From contig JBBSYE010000001.1 of the NCBI GenBank assembly GCA_038045385.1, positions 42,165-106,164 on the forward strand: 64,000 bases of DNA, written 5' to 3'. The notes beneath the pieces were generated by a model. The model ran no database searches. It worked only from the letters and a program-made list of their open reading frames with translations, and had not been told where the DNA came from. This DNA is from Nanobdellota archaeon (lineage in GTDB: Archaea; Nanobdellota; Nanobdellia; Pacearchaeales; GW2011-AR1). This document shows, piece after piece, positions 1-9,517 of the stretch. Within the stretch, counting starts at the first letter, position 1; each line of letters opens with the position of its first letter. The position numbers and the translations under genes are program-made.

Positions 1-262
1 CCGCAACGCTTTCATTTCCAAATTCTATCTTTTCAATTTTTCTCTTAATATCCTTTCCAAGCAAATTTTGTGCAAGACTAGTTGAAGAAATCATTTCCTT
101 GCAAGAATCATTAAGAATCTTTATCCTATTCCTCAAAGAGGCACTAACTCCCTCAATAAGTTTCTTCTCATTCTCGCTACTATTCCTATGCTCAATAAAT
201 CCAATCAACTGCCTAGTCATCTCAAGCTCAACCGCCAGGTTTTTCTTTATCTCGTCTATCAT
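1..262 (-). CDS. Hypothetical coiled-coil protein, partial (N-terminal 87 aa visible, continues past window start)
   Basis: Reverse complement of 1..262 reads MIDEIKKNLAVELEMTRQLIGFIEHRNSSENEKKLIEGVSASLRNRIKILNDSCKEMISS... with no stop before the window edge. It is not in the ORF track because it is truncated. It lies immediately downstream of the pilus ATPase. Confidence 0.3.
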   Translation of the reverse strand, partial: MIDEIKKNLAVELEMTRQLIGFIEHRNSSENEKKLIEGVSASLRNRIKILNDSCKEMISSTSLAQNLLGKDIKRKIEKIEFGNESVA

Positions 263-414
263 ATCAAAGAATCAATCCTTTCACTTAACTCAAGAAGTTG
301 TTTTTTTGTCTTTTGAAAATTATCTACATTCTTATCATTAAAAGACTTTTCAAAATCAACAATCTTTTCTTTCATAGAAATTATAAGCTGAGCCAGAACC
401 ATAGCATCTCCTCT
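262..414 (-). CDS. Small ORF (50 aa) downstream of pilus ATPase, N-terminus MKRGDAMVLAQLII
   Basis: Manual translation of the reverse complement gives MKRGDAMVLAQLIISMKEKIVDFEKSFNDKNVDNFQKTKKQLLELSERIDSLI*. Its stop overlaps the ATG of the next ORF (ATGATAG). It is below the 60-aa track cutoff. Confidence 0.2.
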
Positions 415-453
415 CTTCATTTTAATAAATAATGAATGTTATTTATATACCTT

Positions 454-1977
454 TCAACCAACGGCGTATTGCTTCAAAACGGCGTCAGGGTTTCTATAGT
501 AGTCGTTAACAATTTTTCGCATTTCGTCAAACCCAAATACTTTTTTCTGAAAAAGAGAGTACAGCAATTTTGCTCTCTTCTTGAATTCCTCTTGAAGCTT
601 TTCATTTGGAATTCCATATCTAGTTGAAATTTTATCAAAGACTCTACTTTCTTTCTTGAAATAAAAGACATCTTGTGCAGGATTCCATGTAAAAGGAGTA
701 TTTATCAAAGCCGTCCCGTCCTTGTCAACATTAACAACTTCAACAATTTCTTTCAGCCTTCTTGTTTGTTTATTATTTACTATCGCATGAGTCATAATAA
801 CAACACAATCAAGAGAATTTACCAATGTAGGAGAGAGACTTATCGGAGGAGTTTCAAGTCTTCTTATAACCGTATCAAGAGAATCTGCGTGAATTGTACT
901 TATCGAAGCATGACCAGAAGCCATACCCTGAAATAAAACGAAAGCCTCCTTTCCTCTAACCTCTCCAACAATAACGTAATCTGGATTTTGACGAAAAGAG
1001 TTCTTAAGCAAATCAAATAAATCAACTTCTCCAACCTTACCAACTCCAATTGATGTTCTTGCTACAGCCGGAAGCCAATTCTCTCGAGGCAAATTTATCT
1101 CTCTTGTATCTTCAATTGAAATTACTCTTGCCTCTGGCGGAATGAAAAAAGCAAGTGCATTAAGCAGAGTAGTTTTTCCAGACGATGTACCACCGGCAAT
1201 CATAATGTTTGATTTATACTGCGTCAAAAGCCAAAAATAAGCAAGAATCTCCGGACTTAAACTACCAAGAGCAATAAGCTGAGTCGGCGTCCAAGGAACA
1301 TGAGTAAACTTTCTTATTGTAAACGTCGGTCCTCTAGACGTCACGTCCTTAGTATAAGTAGCATTTACTCTGTTCCCATCTGGCAAAGTCCCATCAAGCA
1401 AAGGTTGAGCATAAGAGATATACCTTCCACATCTCTGCGCAAGCTTCTCAACGAAGCTAGCGACTTCATTTACATCTTTGTAAACAATATTAGTCTTAAG
1501 ATTTCTATAGGCCCTATGAACTATGTAAATCGGCGTATTGATACCATTACACTCAATATCTTCAATAAAATAATCCTTTATTAGAGGATCAATTTCATTA
1601 AACCCAATAAAATTTCTATATAAATAATAAAACATTTTTTCATAAACATTCTCAGGGAAAGAAAGATCCATTTCCTGTATAACCAATCTTGCAGTCTTGT
1701 CAATATAATCAATCATACTTTCAAGAGTTCTTTCTTCTGCAACATTTATATTCATCAATTCAACCATGGCAGATTCAATCATCTTAAGCCACTGCTCCTC
1801 TTGAGGTTTAAGTAGGGGCTCTTCAACCTCATAAATCAACTCCCCCTCTTTTTCATTCCAATATATGTGAACTCCAGCGTAAGGCGCAATCAACGAATAT
1901 CTCACGTCAAGTTTAGTCTTATCTTCAATTCTCGGCAGAGCAGGAACTGAAGGATTTACATTAATATTTATTACCAT
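454..1977 (-). CDS. Type IV pilus / archaellum-type secretion ATPase (FlaI/PilB/TadA, VirB11 superfamily)
   Basis: 507 aa with Walker A GGTSSGKTTLLNALAFFIP and the conserved VirB11/FlaI core (DYVIVGEVRG..EA, hexamerisation region). Five pilin genes lie adjacent. Confidence 0.85.
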   Translation of the reverse strand: MVININVNPSVPALPRIEDKTKLDVRYSLIAPYAGVHIYWNEKEGELIYEVEEPLLKPQEEQWLKMIESAMVELMNINVAEERTLESMIDYIDKTARLVIQEMDLSFPENVYEKMFYYLYRNFIGFNEIDPLIKDYFIEDIECNGINTPIYIVHRAYRNLKTNIVYKDVNEVASFVEKLAQRCGRYISYAQPLLDGTLPDGNRVNATYTKDVTSRGPTFTIRKFTHVPWTPTQLIALGSLSPEILAYFWLLTQYKSNIMIAGGTSSGKTTLLNALAFFIPPEARVISIEDTREINLPRENWLPAVARTSIGVGKVGEVDLFDLLKNSFRQNPDYVIVGEVRGKEAFVLFQGMASGHASISTIHADSLDTVIRRLETPPISLSPTLVNSLDCVVIMTHAIVNNKQTRRLKEIVEVVNVDKDGTALINTPFTWNPAQDVFYFKKESRVFDKISTRYGIPNEKLQEEFKKRAKLLYSLFQKKVFGFDEMRKIVNDYYRNPDAVLKQYAVG

Positions 1978-2014
1978 CTTTTTCGTTAAAAGAAGAATTT
2001 ACTTAAATTTAAAC

Positions 2015-2548
2015 CTATCCACTAGAAATTTCCCTAAAGTCTATTCGATAGAAATCTCCTCCTTCAAGTAGCCCAATATTTTCAAATCTAAATCTATAAG
2101 GCACAGGAGAAGGTGCAAAAATTCTCTCGCTATCGGCCTCTTCAACAATATCAAATCTTCCAGAATAATCCAAAGAGAGCATTACATCAACTCTATCTCC
2201 GACTTTGCTTGTCAGTACATCAATATTTCCTATTTGAGTCTCAATTCCTTCTTCAGAATATACAATATCACTATCTTCAAGCAGATAAGATATTTTTTCA
2301 TTTTCAGAATCCACAGAAATAACTCCTTCTTTTATCCTAACATCAATTACTCTAGCATTTCCAGGATCTGTAGAGATTGCTTTTATTACAGAGTCTATAG
2401 AATTCATAACGGAGATTGTTTGCTCAATTACTGCCTTATCACGATATTCATTTATTCTCGGCGTAACAACCCCAAGTACAAGCCCAATAAGCGCAAGTCC
2501 AACTAGCGTATAAATAACCGTCTCAATCCAAACTTGTCCCCTCTTCAT
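2015..2548 (-). CDS. Archaeal type IV pilin-like protein (class III signal peptide, KRG|Q cleavage motif)
   Basis: N-terminus MKRGQVWIETVIYTLVGLALIGLVLGV: a basic residue, then G, then Q, then a hydrophobic helix. This is the classic PibD/FlaK substrate motif. Confidence 0.65.
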   Translation of the reverse strand: MKRGQVWIETVIYTLVGLALIGLVLGVVTPRINEYRDKAVIEQTISVMNSIDSVIKAISTDPGNARVIDVRIKEGVISVDSENEKISYLLEDSDIVYSEEGIETQIGNIDVLTSKVGDRVDVMLSLDYSGRFDIVEEADSERIFAPSPVPYRFRFENIGLLEGGDFYRIDFREISSG

Positions 2549-2549
2549 T

Positions 2550-3062
2550 TTAACTTAGCGTAATACCTTCCTCACACGGAACCAAATCTATAGAATCACT
2601 AACATCACAACTCTTTGAACCAATAATCGGCGCAACCTCAATCTTGCTGAAAGAACCAGTTGCAACATAAGTTCTCAATCCTCCTTTAGCAGGAATATTT
2701 AAGACATTATCTGAAGCTCCTAGCATCTTGATAACTCCCCCCAAATCACCATCTTCTGTAATTTTATAAGGAGTTGCACTTCCGGCATTATGAAGTATCA
2801 GTGTAAATCCCTCAATATCAATAGCTCCTCTCTGAACAGATATTCCCGTCAATTCTGTTGTTCCAGAAGCATCAAGACAAGCATAATCCGTTCCAACAAG
2901 CGTTAACTTATTTATTGTTTCAAAGCAATCACTTCCGCCGTCAAGGCTATTTCTAACAAATGGGATGACAAAAGCAGCAAGCACAGATATTAAAGCCACA
3001 GTTATCACGAGAAGCAAAACAGTAGCAACAACCGGCGAAACCCCTCTTTTCATTCTCATCAA
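2550..3062 (-). CDS. Archaeal type IV pilin (class III signal peptide)
   Basis: N-terminus MMRMKRGVSPVVATVLLLVITVALISVLAAFV. It is a paralog of the next gene. Confidence 0.7.
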   Translation of the reverse strand: MMRMKRGVSPVVATVLLLVITVALISVLAAFVIPFVRNSLDGGSDCFETINKLTLVGTDYACLDASGTTELTGISVQRGAIDIEGFTLILHNAGSATPYKITEDGDLGGVIKMLGASDNVLNIPAKGGLRTYVATGSFSKIEVAPIIGSKSCDVSDSIDLVPCEEGITLS

Positions 3063-3087
3063 AAAGGAATCTCTTTTTTATACTTTG

Positions 3088-3546
3088 CTATGAAATGAGT
3101 TGAACATTCTTTCCAGTGGAATCAGGGCAAGGATAAGTAACTCTATTTCCTCCAGAAGCTTCAGCAAGCAAAACAGGGACAACAAGCCCACTATCATAAT
3201 CTCCAATAACAAAATTATTAGATTCACCAGGGTTTAGTTTACTATCTCCATTGCTATCTTGAACACTCTCCGGAGTTATACTTCCATCGCGAGCTCCTCT
3301 AAATTCAAAACCAAAGATTGGAACATTCCCGCTATTACTTATCCCAAGTGTTCTAACTCCGTTATTGTCGTTATAAAGTTCAGCAGAAAAAACTATCTTA
3401 TCACATGACAACTCAACAGCCCTATCATTTTTCTGCGCCCCCTCCCTAAGAAAGCTTTGAGCCCAAAGAAAAATTATCGCAGCCAAAACGACAGTTATAG
3501 CGATAAGAAGCACAGTAGCAACAACCGGCGAAACCCCTCTTTTCAT
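3088..3546 (-). CDS. Archaeal type IV pilin (class III signal peptide)
   Basis: N-terminus MKRGVSPVVATVLLIAITVVLAAIIFLWAQ, nearly identical to the N-terminus of the 2550..3062 gene. Confidence 0.7.
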   Translation of the reverse strand: MKRGVSPVVATVLLIAITVVLAAIIFLWAQSFLREGAQKNDRAVELSCDKIVFSAELYNDNNGVRTLGISNSGNVPIFGFEFRGARDGSITPESVQDSNGDSKLNPGESNNFVIGDYDSGLVVPVLLAEASGGNRVTYPCPDSTGKNVQLIS

Positions 3547-3576
3547 ATTCCATTAGAGAAAATCAGCTTTTTATAT

Positions 3577-4095
3577 TTATAGTGAACAAGTAAGCTTCTG
3601 TTTTATAATTGCCCCCGAGCAGATTATATCCTTTTTCACATTTCCAGAAGCAAGTATAATCGGCTGAATCTCTACTTCTCTCTCCCCAGTTCCCAGAAGA
3701 GGATTCTCTTCAAAGTAGCTAACGCTCTGCCCAGGTTTTAGCCCGTCTTCATAATCTTGATTATAATTAATAAAATAAACCTTGCAAGAAGAATCGTCAC
3801 AAGGAAGCAAGTCTAGCTTCACAATTCTTCCCTCTTCCCCAATTTTAATCAAAACACCATCTACACTAAATAACCCCTTATTATCTAAAGTAATATTTAC
3901 TTTTCCCCCAGAACAGCTTAAACTCCTTATCACGAGCGCAACATCATCCGGACATCTCTCAGCATCAGGAGGCGCATAATTAGCAAGAAAATTATATACT
4001 CCTCCAGCAAGCGCAAGAGCTATAACAACAAGAAGCACATAACCGATAATAGGGCTAACTCCTTTTTTATCCAGTTGTAACAAACCTATCTTCAT
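3577..4095 (-). CDS. Pilin-like protein (class III-type signal peptide)
   Basis: N-terminus MKIGLLQLDKKGVSPIIGYVLLVVIALALAGGVY: KG then a hydrophobic segment. Confidence 0.5.
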   Translation of the reverse strand: MKIGLLQLDKKGVSPIIGYVLLVVIALALAGGVYNFLANYAPPDAERCPDDVALVIRSLSCSGGKVNITLDNKGLFSVDGVLIKIGEEGRIVKLDLLPCDDSSCKVYFINYNQDYEDGLKPGQSVSYFEENPLLGTGEREVEIQPIILASGNVKKDIICSGAIIKQKLTCSL

Positions 4096-4600
4096 TTTCC
4101 TCCCTTACGAGAACAAAATAAAAGTTCTGTCCATTTTCCAAATTAAAATTATAATCTATTCCGTCAATACTAACTCTTACCAAATCTCCAGTTTGGGAAA
4201 TAGCAGGCACCTCATTAACTTGTGTTCTTGCGACACCCTCGCAAGTTACTAAACCTCCCGTATCAATGCCAATGCAGCCAACTCCATCTTGAGTAAGTGT
4301 ATAGGCATGAAGTTCTTCAGAATTTCCATAAACAAAAACAACTCTATCTCTTTCAATATAAGGTGCATAATCTTCAATCAAACGTCTTATCAAATCGTCT
4401 GTACCTTGACCTTCGCCTTCATAGTCATTATAAGTACCATAATCACTAACTTGCCTTGCTTCAAAACCAATCTCCTTTCCCAAATCATAAAATCTTTCAT
4501 TCTCTCCGCTTTTCTGAACGTAATTTACAACAACAGTAAGCCCAAGAAGCGCGCCAACAATTACAATAGCAGCCATCAAGAAAAATTGTCCTCTTTCCAT
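4067..4600 (-). CDS. Pilin-like protein (class III signal peptide, RG|Q)
   Basis: N-terminus MERGQFFLMAAIVIVGALLGLTVVVNYV. It overlaps the upstream pilin gene by 29 nt. Confidence 0.55.
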   Translation of the reverse strand: MERGQFFLMAAIVIVGALLGLTVVVNYVQKSGENERFYDLGKEIGFEARQVSDYGTYNDYEGEGQGTDDLIRRLIEDYAPYIERDRVVFVYGNSEELHAYTLTQDGVGCIGIDTGGLVTCEGVARTQVNEVPAISQTGDLVRVSIDGIDYNFNLENGQNFYFVLVREENEDRFVTTG

Positions 4601-4635
4601 AAATTAAATATAACTTCGTTGTATTTAAAGATTAG

Positions 4636-4932
4636 TCAAAAGTAATTTTTTACAGCGAAGAGGCCTTGGCTTGACCAACCATCGAGAACTTTTCCCTCAA
4701 CTAGCCAACCATTAAAATTTCCAAATCTTTCTCTTATCTCTGCTTCAATTTCTTCTTTTGATTTCAAATGAGGAAATCCAGATTTCTCAATTAAGGTTCT
4801 AGAAAGGCGCCCCAATATATCATCATAATAAAAAGAAACACTTTGTGGCTCTTCAAATTCTCTTATTTTATCTTCTCTCACAATATAAATCGCATCTCTG
4901 CTAAAATTGTAAAATTCAACATCATCTATCAT
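4636..4932 (-). CDS. Hypothetical protein
   Basis: 98-aa ORF with no recognisable motif. Confidence 0.35.
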   Translation of the reverse strand: MIDDVEFYNFSRDAIYIVREDKIREFEEPQSVSFYYDDILGRLSRTLIEKSGFPHLKSKEEIEAEIRERFGNFNGWLVEGKVLDGWSSQGLFAVKNYF

Positions 4933-4983
4933 AAGAAAACCTCATTCGGGCACTTAATAAACATTATTATCAAAAAAATAAAA

Positions 4984-5241
4984 GTGTAGACGGGGAGTCT
5001 GCTCAAACAAACCGCCTGAGTTGATTCGCGCCTTTCTCGGCCATGCAACCCGGTAAGCACCGCGTTTCCTGTTTAGGGCTGCTCCGATCAAGGCCTGACC
5101 CGATTCACAAGAGCACGATCGAACCGGACATAGCGTCAACGTCCAGTACGAGACGCAAACGACAAGTTCTCACGCGCTCCTTTAAGCCTGCCTAAAGCCC
5201 GTTTGCAAATAGCGGAGGGCTACCCCGCCGGCTCGTCTACA
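4984..5241 (-). ncRNA. Signal recognition particle RNA (7S/SRP RNA)
   Basis: An approximately 260-nt GC-rich island in an AT-rich genome. The minus-strand transcript contains GGUCAGGCCUUGAUCGGAGCAGCC, matching the conserved helix-8 GGUCAGG...AGCAGCC core. The 5' end GUAGACG... pairs with the 3' end ...CGUCUAC as a terminal helix. Exact ends are uncertain. Confidence 0.7.
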
Positions 5242-5298
5242 TAAACTAAGACAGTAAAGTGTTTTTAAACCTTCTTCCAAACCCTATTCAGCCCATCT

Positions 5299-5601
5299 TC
5301 ATAACATTTCCTTCGCTTCTACTTTTTTATCATCATAAATAAAAATTTCCAAACAAAATTCGCTAGTCCCATCCCTTCTCGGAATAAAGCTCTCAATGTT
5401 TGCACTAACAATACACTTGCCAACAGGAGTATCGGATATAATATAATTCGTAGTGCGAGGCCTTACTAATCCCAAGTAATTGAAAAAATCTCCTCTTTCC
5501 ATACTATCAACTTTCCCCAAACTTTCTATGCTCTTAAGCACATCTAAAAATTCATCTGGCTCAATATCTCTCTTAATAGTCTCAGCCAAAGACAAAACCA
5601 T
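5299..5601 (-). CDS. Hypothetical protein
   Basis: 100-aa ORF. Confidence 0.35.
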   Translation of the reverse strand: MVLSLAETIKRDIEPDEFLDVLKSIESLGKVDSMERGDFFNYLGLVRPRTTNYIISDTPVGKCIVSANIESFIPRRDGTSEFCLEIFIYDDKKVEAKEML

Positions 5602-5606
5602 CTTTT

Positions 5607-5828
5607 CTAAATCTCGCCATATCTAACCGATTTCTTTCTCATCTTATACGGCACAGTTTCAGAAACAACTTCTTCCTCAACTTGCTCTTTAATCGCCTTA
5701 TAGTCATCATCCTTCTTTTCCACACGAGGAGGAATTATTAGAAATAAAAATACAAAAAATACTAGAAAAAATATTAAAATTCCAGTCACAATCAACATCA
5801 AAGTCAAAGCATCCATATATCCAAGCAA
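5607..5828 (-). CDS. Small membrane protein
   Basis: 73 aa with one strong TM segment (LTLMLIVTGILIFFLVFFVFLFLII). Confidence 0.35.
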   Translation of the reverse strand: MLGYMDALTLMLIVTGILIFFLVFFVFLFLIIPPRVEKKDDDYKAIKEQVEEEVVSETVPYKMRKKSVRYGEI

Positions 5829-5855
5829 AAAATCAGGTATTTAATGATTATTGTG

Positions 5856-7517
5856 CTACATTCTCTCAATAACATCAATGCCCAAAAGACCAAGCGCATT
5901 CTTTAAGGTCTGCGCAAAAGCTTCAACAAGTGTAAGCCTAAAGTTCTCTTCGGCACTCCCGATGACTTTACAAGAATGATAAAATTCATTAAATGTCTGC
6001 GATAAATCATAAGCATAATGTGCAATTAAATTTGGCGAGTAATCAAGTGAAGATTGTCGAACAACTTCTGGAAATCGAGCAATTTCAGAAACAACTTTTT
6101 TTTCAGAGTCATTAACCCCAGTAATAATCATTTTTTTTCCCTTATTTTTCTTTAAAATATTCTTTGCCCGAGCGTAGCTATAAAGCAAGTAAGGCCCGGT
6201 ATCTCCCTCAAAAGAAACAAATCTATCAATATCAAAAACAACATCTGTGCTTCTATTATTTTTCAAATCACCATAAAAGATAGCGGCTCTAGCAATTGCC
6301 AGCGCGCGTCGCTCAAGTTCTTTATCGCTAATCTTTTCTCTCTTCAAAATTTCCTTTTTGGCAAGGTTGGCAGTTTCCTCTAAAATATCTTTCATAAAAA
6401 CAGTCTTGCCCTTTCTTGTAGCAAACTTTTTTCCATCTCCATCCAAATACAACCCGTGATCAATATGAACGCACTTAGCTGCCCAATTAAATCCAAGTAG
6501 TTCAAGCACTTTGAAAAACTGCCTAAAATGTAGCTTCTGTTCAGCGCCCACTTCGTAAAGAAGATAATCTGCTCCAAATCTATTGTGTCTATCAATAGCG
6601 GCAGTTATATCTCTTGTAGCATAAAGAGTTCCTCCATCGGCTTTCTTAATCAAGCAAACTCCAAGATTATATCTCTCAAGGTTCACAACCCAAGCACCAT
6701 CACTTAGCTCAAGTAAACTTTTCTTCTTCAATAGCCCAATAGTTGAGTCCATTTTAGAATTATATTCCGACTCTCCAGAAAATACATCAAATTTCACATT
6801 CAGAAGTTTGTAAATTTTTTTGAATTCATCCAAACTTAGTTTGCGAAATTCAGCCCATATTTTCAAAGCCTCTTTATCTCCTTGCTCCATTTTTCTAAAC
6901 CAATTCCTTCCCAATTCATCAAATCTTTCATCAGAAGAGGCTTTTACATAAACTTCCAGAAGATGTTTTAAAGGCTCTTTTTTTAACAATTTAGAATTTC
7001 CAAATTCTTTATATCCCGCTATAATTTTTCCAAATGGAGTCCCCCAGTCTCCCAAATAATTCAACTTTTTTACTTTATATCCGCTAAAACTTAGCGTCTT
7101 TGCAATAGAGTTTCCAATTATAGTAGATCTAAGATGTCCTATTCCGAATGGTTTTGCAATATTCGGAGAAGACATATCAATAACAACTACTTTTTCAGCT
7201 CCAATTTTCGAAGAGCCGTATTTATCTCTTTTCTTCTTGACTTCCAAAATTGTTCCACTCGCTAGCATTTTTCTACTAACAAAGAAATTAACGTAAGGAC
7301 CAGAGGCTTGAACTTTCTCAATCTCCTCAGTTTTGATTATCTTGCTCGCTAGTTCTTTAGCAATTTCTACAGGATTCTTCTTCATAAATTTAGCAAGAGC
7401 AAAGCATGGAAATGCATAATCTCCCAAAGAATCATCTTTCGGCTTTTCAATAAGTTCCTCAATATCAAGTTCATCTTTCACAACCTTCTTAAGAAGTTTA
7501 ACAACAATTTCCCTCAT
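5856..7517 (-). CDS. argS: Arginine--tRNA ligase
   Basis: 553 aa, class I synthetase. The HIGH-region equivalent is PNIAKPFGIGHLRSTIIGNSI, and there is a C-terminal DALR-type anticodon-binding region. Confidence 0.9.
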   Translation of the reverse strand: MREIVVKLLKKVVKDELDIEELIEKPKDDSLGDYAFPCFALAKFMKKNPVEIAKELASKIIKTEEIEKVQASGPYVNFFVSRKMLASGTILEVKKKRDKYGSSKIGAEKVVVIDMSSPNIAKPFGIGHLRSTIIGNSIAKTLSFSGYKVKKLNYLGDWGTPFGKIIAGYKEFGNSKLLKKEPLKHLLEVYVKASSDERFDELGRNWFRKMEQGDKEALKIWAEFRKLSLDEFKKIYKLLNVKFDVFSGESEYNSKMDSTIGLLKKKSLLELSDGAWVVNLERYNLGVCLIKKADGGTLYATRDITAAIDRHNRFGADYLLYEVGAEQKLHFRQFFKVLELLGFNWAAKCVHIDHGLYLDGDGKKFATRKGKTVFMKDILEETANLAKKEILKREKISDKELERRALAIARAAIFYGDLKNNRSTDVVFDIDRFVSFEGDTGPYLLYSYARAKNILKKNKGKKMIITGVNDSEKKVVSEIARFPEVVRQSSLDYSPNLIAHYAYDLSQTFNEFYHSCKVIGSAEENFRLTLVEAFAQTLKNALGLLGIDVIERM

Positions 7518-7547
7518 TTCATCAAGTCTTAAACTTTCTTAATAAAT

Positions 7548-8000
7548 CTATCCAAGACAACCGCCATATTTCAACAGAGCCCTATATTTTAAACCCAAAG
7601 AGGCCTCAGGGCCCCTAATATCAACAATCAAATCTCCATTTGTCCTCGCCTGTTGCAATCCAGAACACCATCCTTGTTCTCCAATCTTATCAAGGTAGCT
7701 TTCTGGAATAGAAACATAAACATCCGCTCTTTCGCTAGCCCCAGAAGAAACAGAATTTCCAGAGATAGTATAATCTTCCTCCCCAACTCTCAAGCCTATA
7801 ATCCCACTTTCAGGCATATCCTGTACTACTGCAAACTTGCCCAATTCTGAAGGTAAATTTTCCTGTGTTATCTCTCTAGGCGTCCAAGTAGAATACTGAG
7901 GTTTAGCAAAAAAACTATCATAAAAAAAATAGCCTGCAATTAAAAGAACAACAAGAAAAAAACCAATAAGAACAAATCTTACACTTCTTTTTTTAATCAT
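7548..8000 (-). CDS. Membrane-anchored hypothetical protein
   Basis: N-terminal TM segment followed by a soluble domain. Confidence 0.4.
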   Translation of the reverse strand: MIKKRSVRFVLIGFFLVVLLIAGYFFYDSFFAKPQYSTWTPREITQENLPSELGKFAVVQDMPESGIIGLRVGEEDYTISGNSVSSGASERADVYVSIPESYLDKIGEQGWCSGLQQARTNGDLIVDIRGPEASLGLKYRALLKYGGCLG

Positions 8001-8045
8001 AATCTAGCATAATAAGAAGAGTATATAAATTTTCTAAACTTAAAT

Positions 8046-8888
8046 CTAGTATCCCCAGTTTGCAAGAATTTCAGTTATATCATTAAAGTTTACCATTTTA
8101 TCTCCATCTACATCAGCTCTGCCTGTTTCAGCTCTACCTATTAGGTATCTTACAATTTCGACATCAATCACATCAGCAACGCCGTCTCCATTGACATCGC
8201 CCTTCTTATTAGGGTCAAGCAATAAGAATTTGATTGGATTAGCCTTATCAGCAACAATCTCTCCTGTTTTTTGCACAGACATCTCAAGGCCGTATACCCC
8301 TGCGTTATAATTGTTTGTAGATAGCATAAGAGTTATGATGCTAACAGTTCCATCCTGCTCACTTACAGTAGAAAGAACGCTCAATTCAGGACAACTTGTA
8401 GATGAGTCTCCATGCATAAAAGAGCACGTTTGTACAAGCGGGTTACCTGAGCCTGTACCAATTCCACTAAGTTCAATTCTAATCGCTTCATCATTTTCAA
8501 TAGCAACATCACTCTGTAACTCTAGATAAATTGGCAAATCAGTTCCAAGCCAAGTTTTATCATATCCCACATCAATAAATGCAGTAATATTAGAAGATAC
8601 ATTTAATCCAAGATTTACTGGAACCACTCTATTAATAATTCCGTTATCGCTATTTCTACTTTTTGAGCTTCCAGAACTGCTTGAACTTTGAGGAGTATTC
8701 ACAACTTCATCTTTATCATCAATTACGACAAAAGAGTTTTCAGTAACAGAACCTTCAAGAGCAGCATTACTATCTATCCCGCTATTAAAATCTTCAGAAG
8801 CAAATCCAAAAATACTCAACATAGTAACTAAAGCTAAAGTCAAAGCGACTCCCGCAAAGAACATCTTATTCATAAATAAACCCTCCAA
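8046..8888 (-). CDS. Secreted protein with C-terminal dockerin-like Ca-binding repeats
   Basis: N-terminal signal/TM segment. The C-terminus has DVNGDGVADVIDVEIVRY...DVDGDKMVNFNDITEILANW, i.e. two DxNxDGxV dockerin-type repeats. Confidence 0.55.
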   Translation of the reverse strand: MEGLFMNKMFFAGVALTLALVTMLSIFGFASEDFNSGIDSNAALEGSVTENSFVVIDDKDEVVNTPQSSSSSGSSKSRNSDNGIINRVVPVNLGLNVSSNITAFIDVGYDKTWLGTDLPIYLELQSDVAIENDEAIRIELSGIGTGSGNPLVQTCSFMHGDSSTSCPELSVLSTVSEQDGTVSIITLMLSTNNYNAGVYGLEMSVQKTGEIVADKANPIKFLLLDPNKKGDVNGDGVADVIDVEIVRYLIGRAETGRADVDGDKMVNFNDITEILANWGY

Positions 8889-8948
8889 AAGAGGTATTTA
8901 AACTTTTCGGCATCAAATTTAAAACCCTCCAAACTCAAATATAATCAT

Positions 8949-9021
8949 GCCTCTATAGCTCAGCGGTTAGAGCGTTGCACTCGTAATGCAAAGGTCGGGA
9001 GTTCAATTCTCCCTAGAGGCT
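8949..9021 (+). tRNA. tRNA-Thr (anticodon CGU)
   Basis: GCCTCTATAGCTCAGCGGTTAGAGCGTTGCACTCGTAATGCAAAGGTCGGGAGTTCAATTCTCCCTAGAGGCT. The cloverleaf folds by hand: 7-bp acceptor stem, CTCGTAA anticodon loop, GTTCAAT T-loop. Confidence 0.85.
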
Positions 9022-9098
9022 TATAACCAACAAACACTGCGGTGTTTGTTGGAAGTCCTTCTAGAAAAGCTTAAAAACCTGATAAAAGCCAGAATTAT

Positions 9099-9371
9099 AT
9101 GATAACTGAAAGACAAGTACTAGAACAAATTTTAGGAGCTAGAAAATATGTTAGAGAAAACGCAGAGGCTCTTAGACAGCAGTATGGATCACATTATCTT
9201 GCAATAAGTGGGAATGCAGTTGTAGATCACGACGCTGATGAAGGAGAACTTATAAAAAGAACATTAGGTTCTAATAGAGGAGTTACTTATGGCACAATAG
9301 ATCATTTAACTGGCCTTCCTGAACTGGTAACTGCCGCAGAAGAGAGATTAAAAGAATTAGCAGTTGCTTAA
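9099..9371 (+). CDS. Hypothetical protein
   Basis: 90-aa ORF. Confidence 0.35.
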   Translation: MITERQVLEQILGARKYVRENAEALRQQYGSHYLAISGNAVVDHDADEGELIKRTLGSNRGVTYGTIDHLTGLPELVTAAEERLKELAVA

Positions 9372-9517
9372 AAATAGCAAAGTAAATAAACTCCTAGAAC
9401 ATTAGATAACTAAGTTACGAGATTAGGCGGTTCAAAGCCACTAGCGAGGTTCCCGAAAAGTTCAGAGCCAAATAGAGGCTTAAGATACTTTTAAATAAGC
9501 AAAAAAGTCATATTTTT

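Noticed and set aside
4954-5139. 61-aa minus-strand ORF in the track
   Set aside because: It lies entirely inside the GC-rich SRP RNA candidate. The ORF is a by-product of GC-rich sequence, not a gene.
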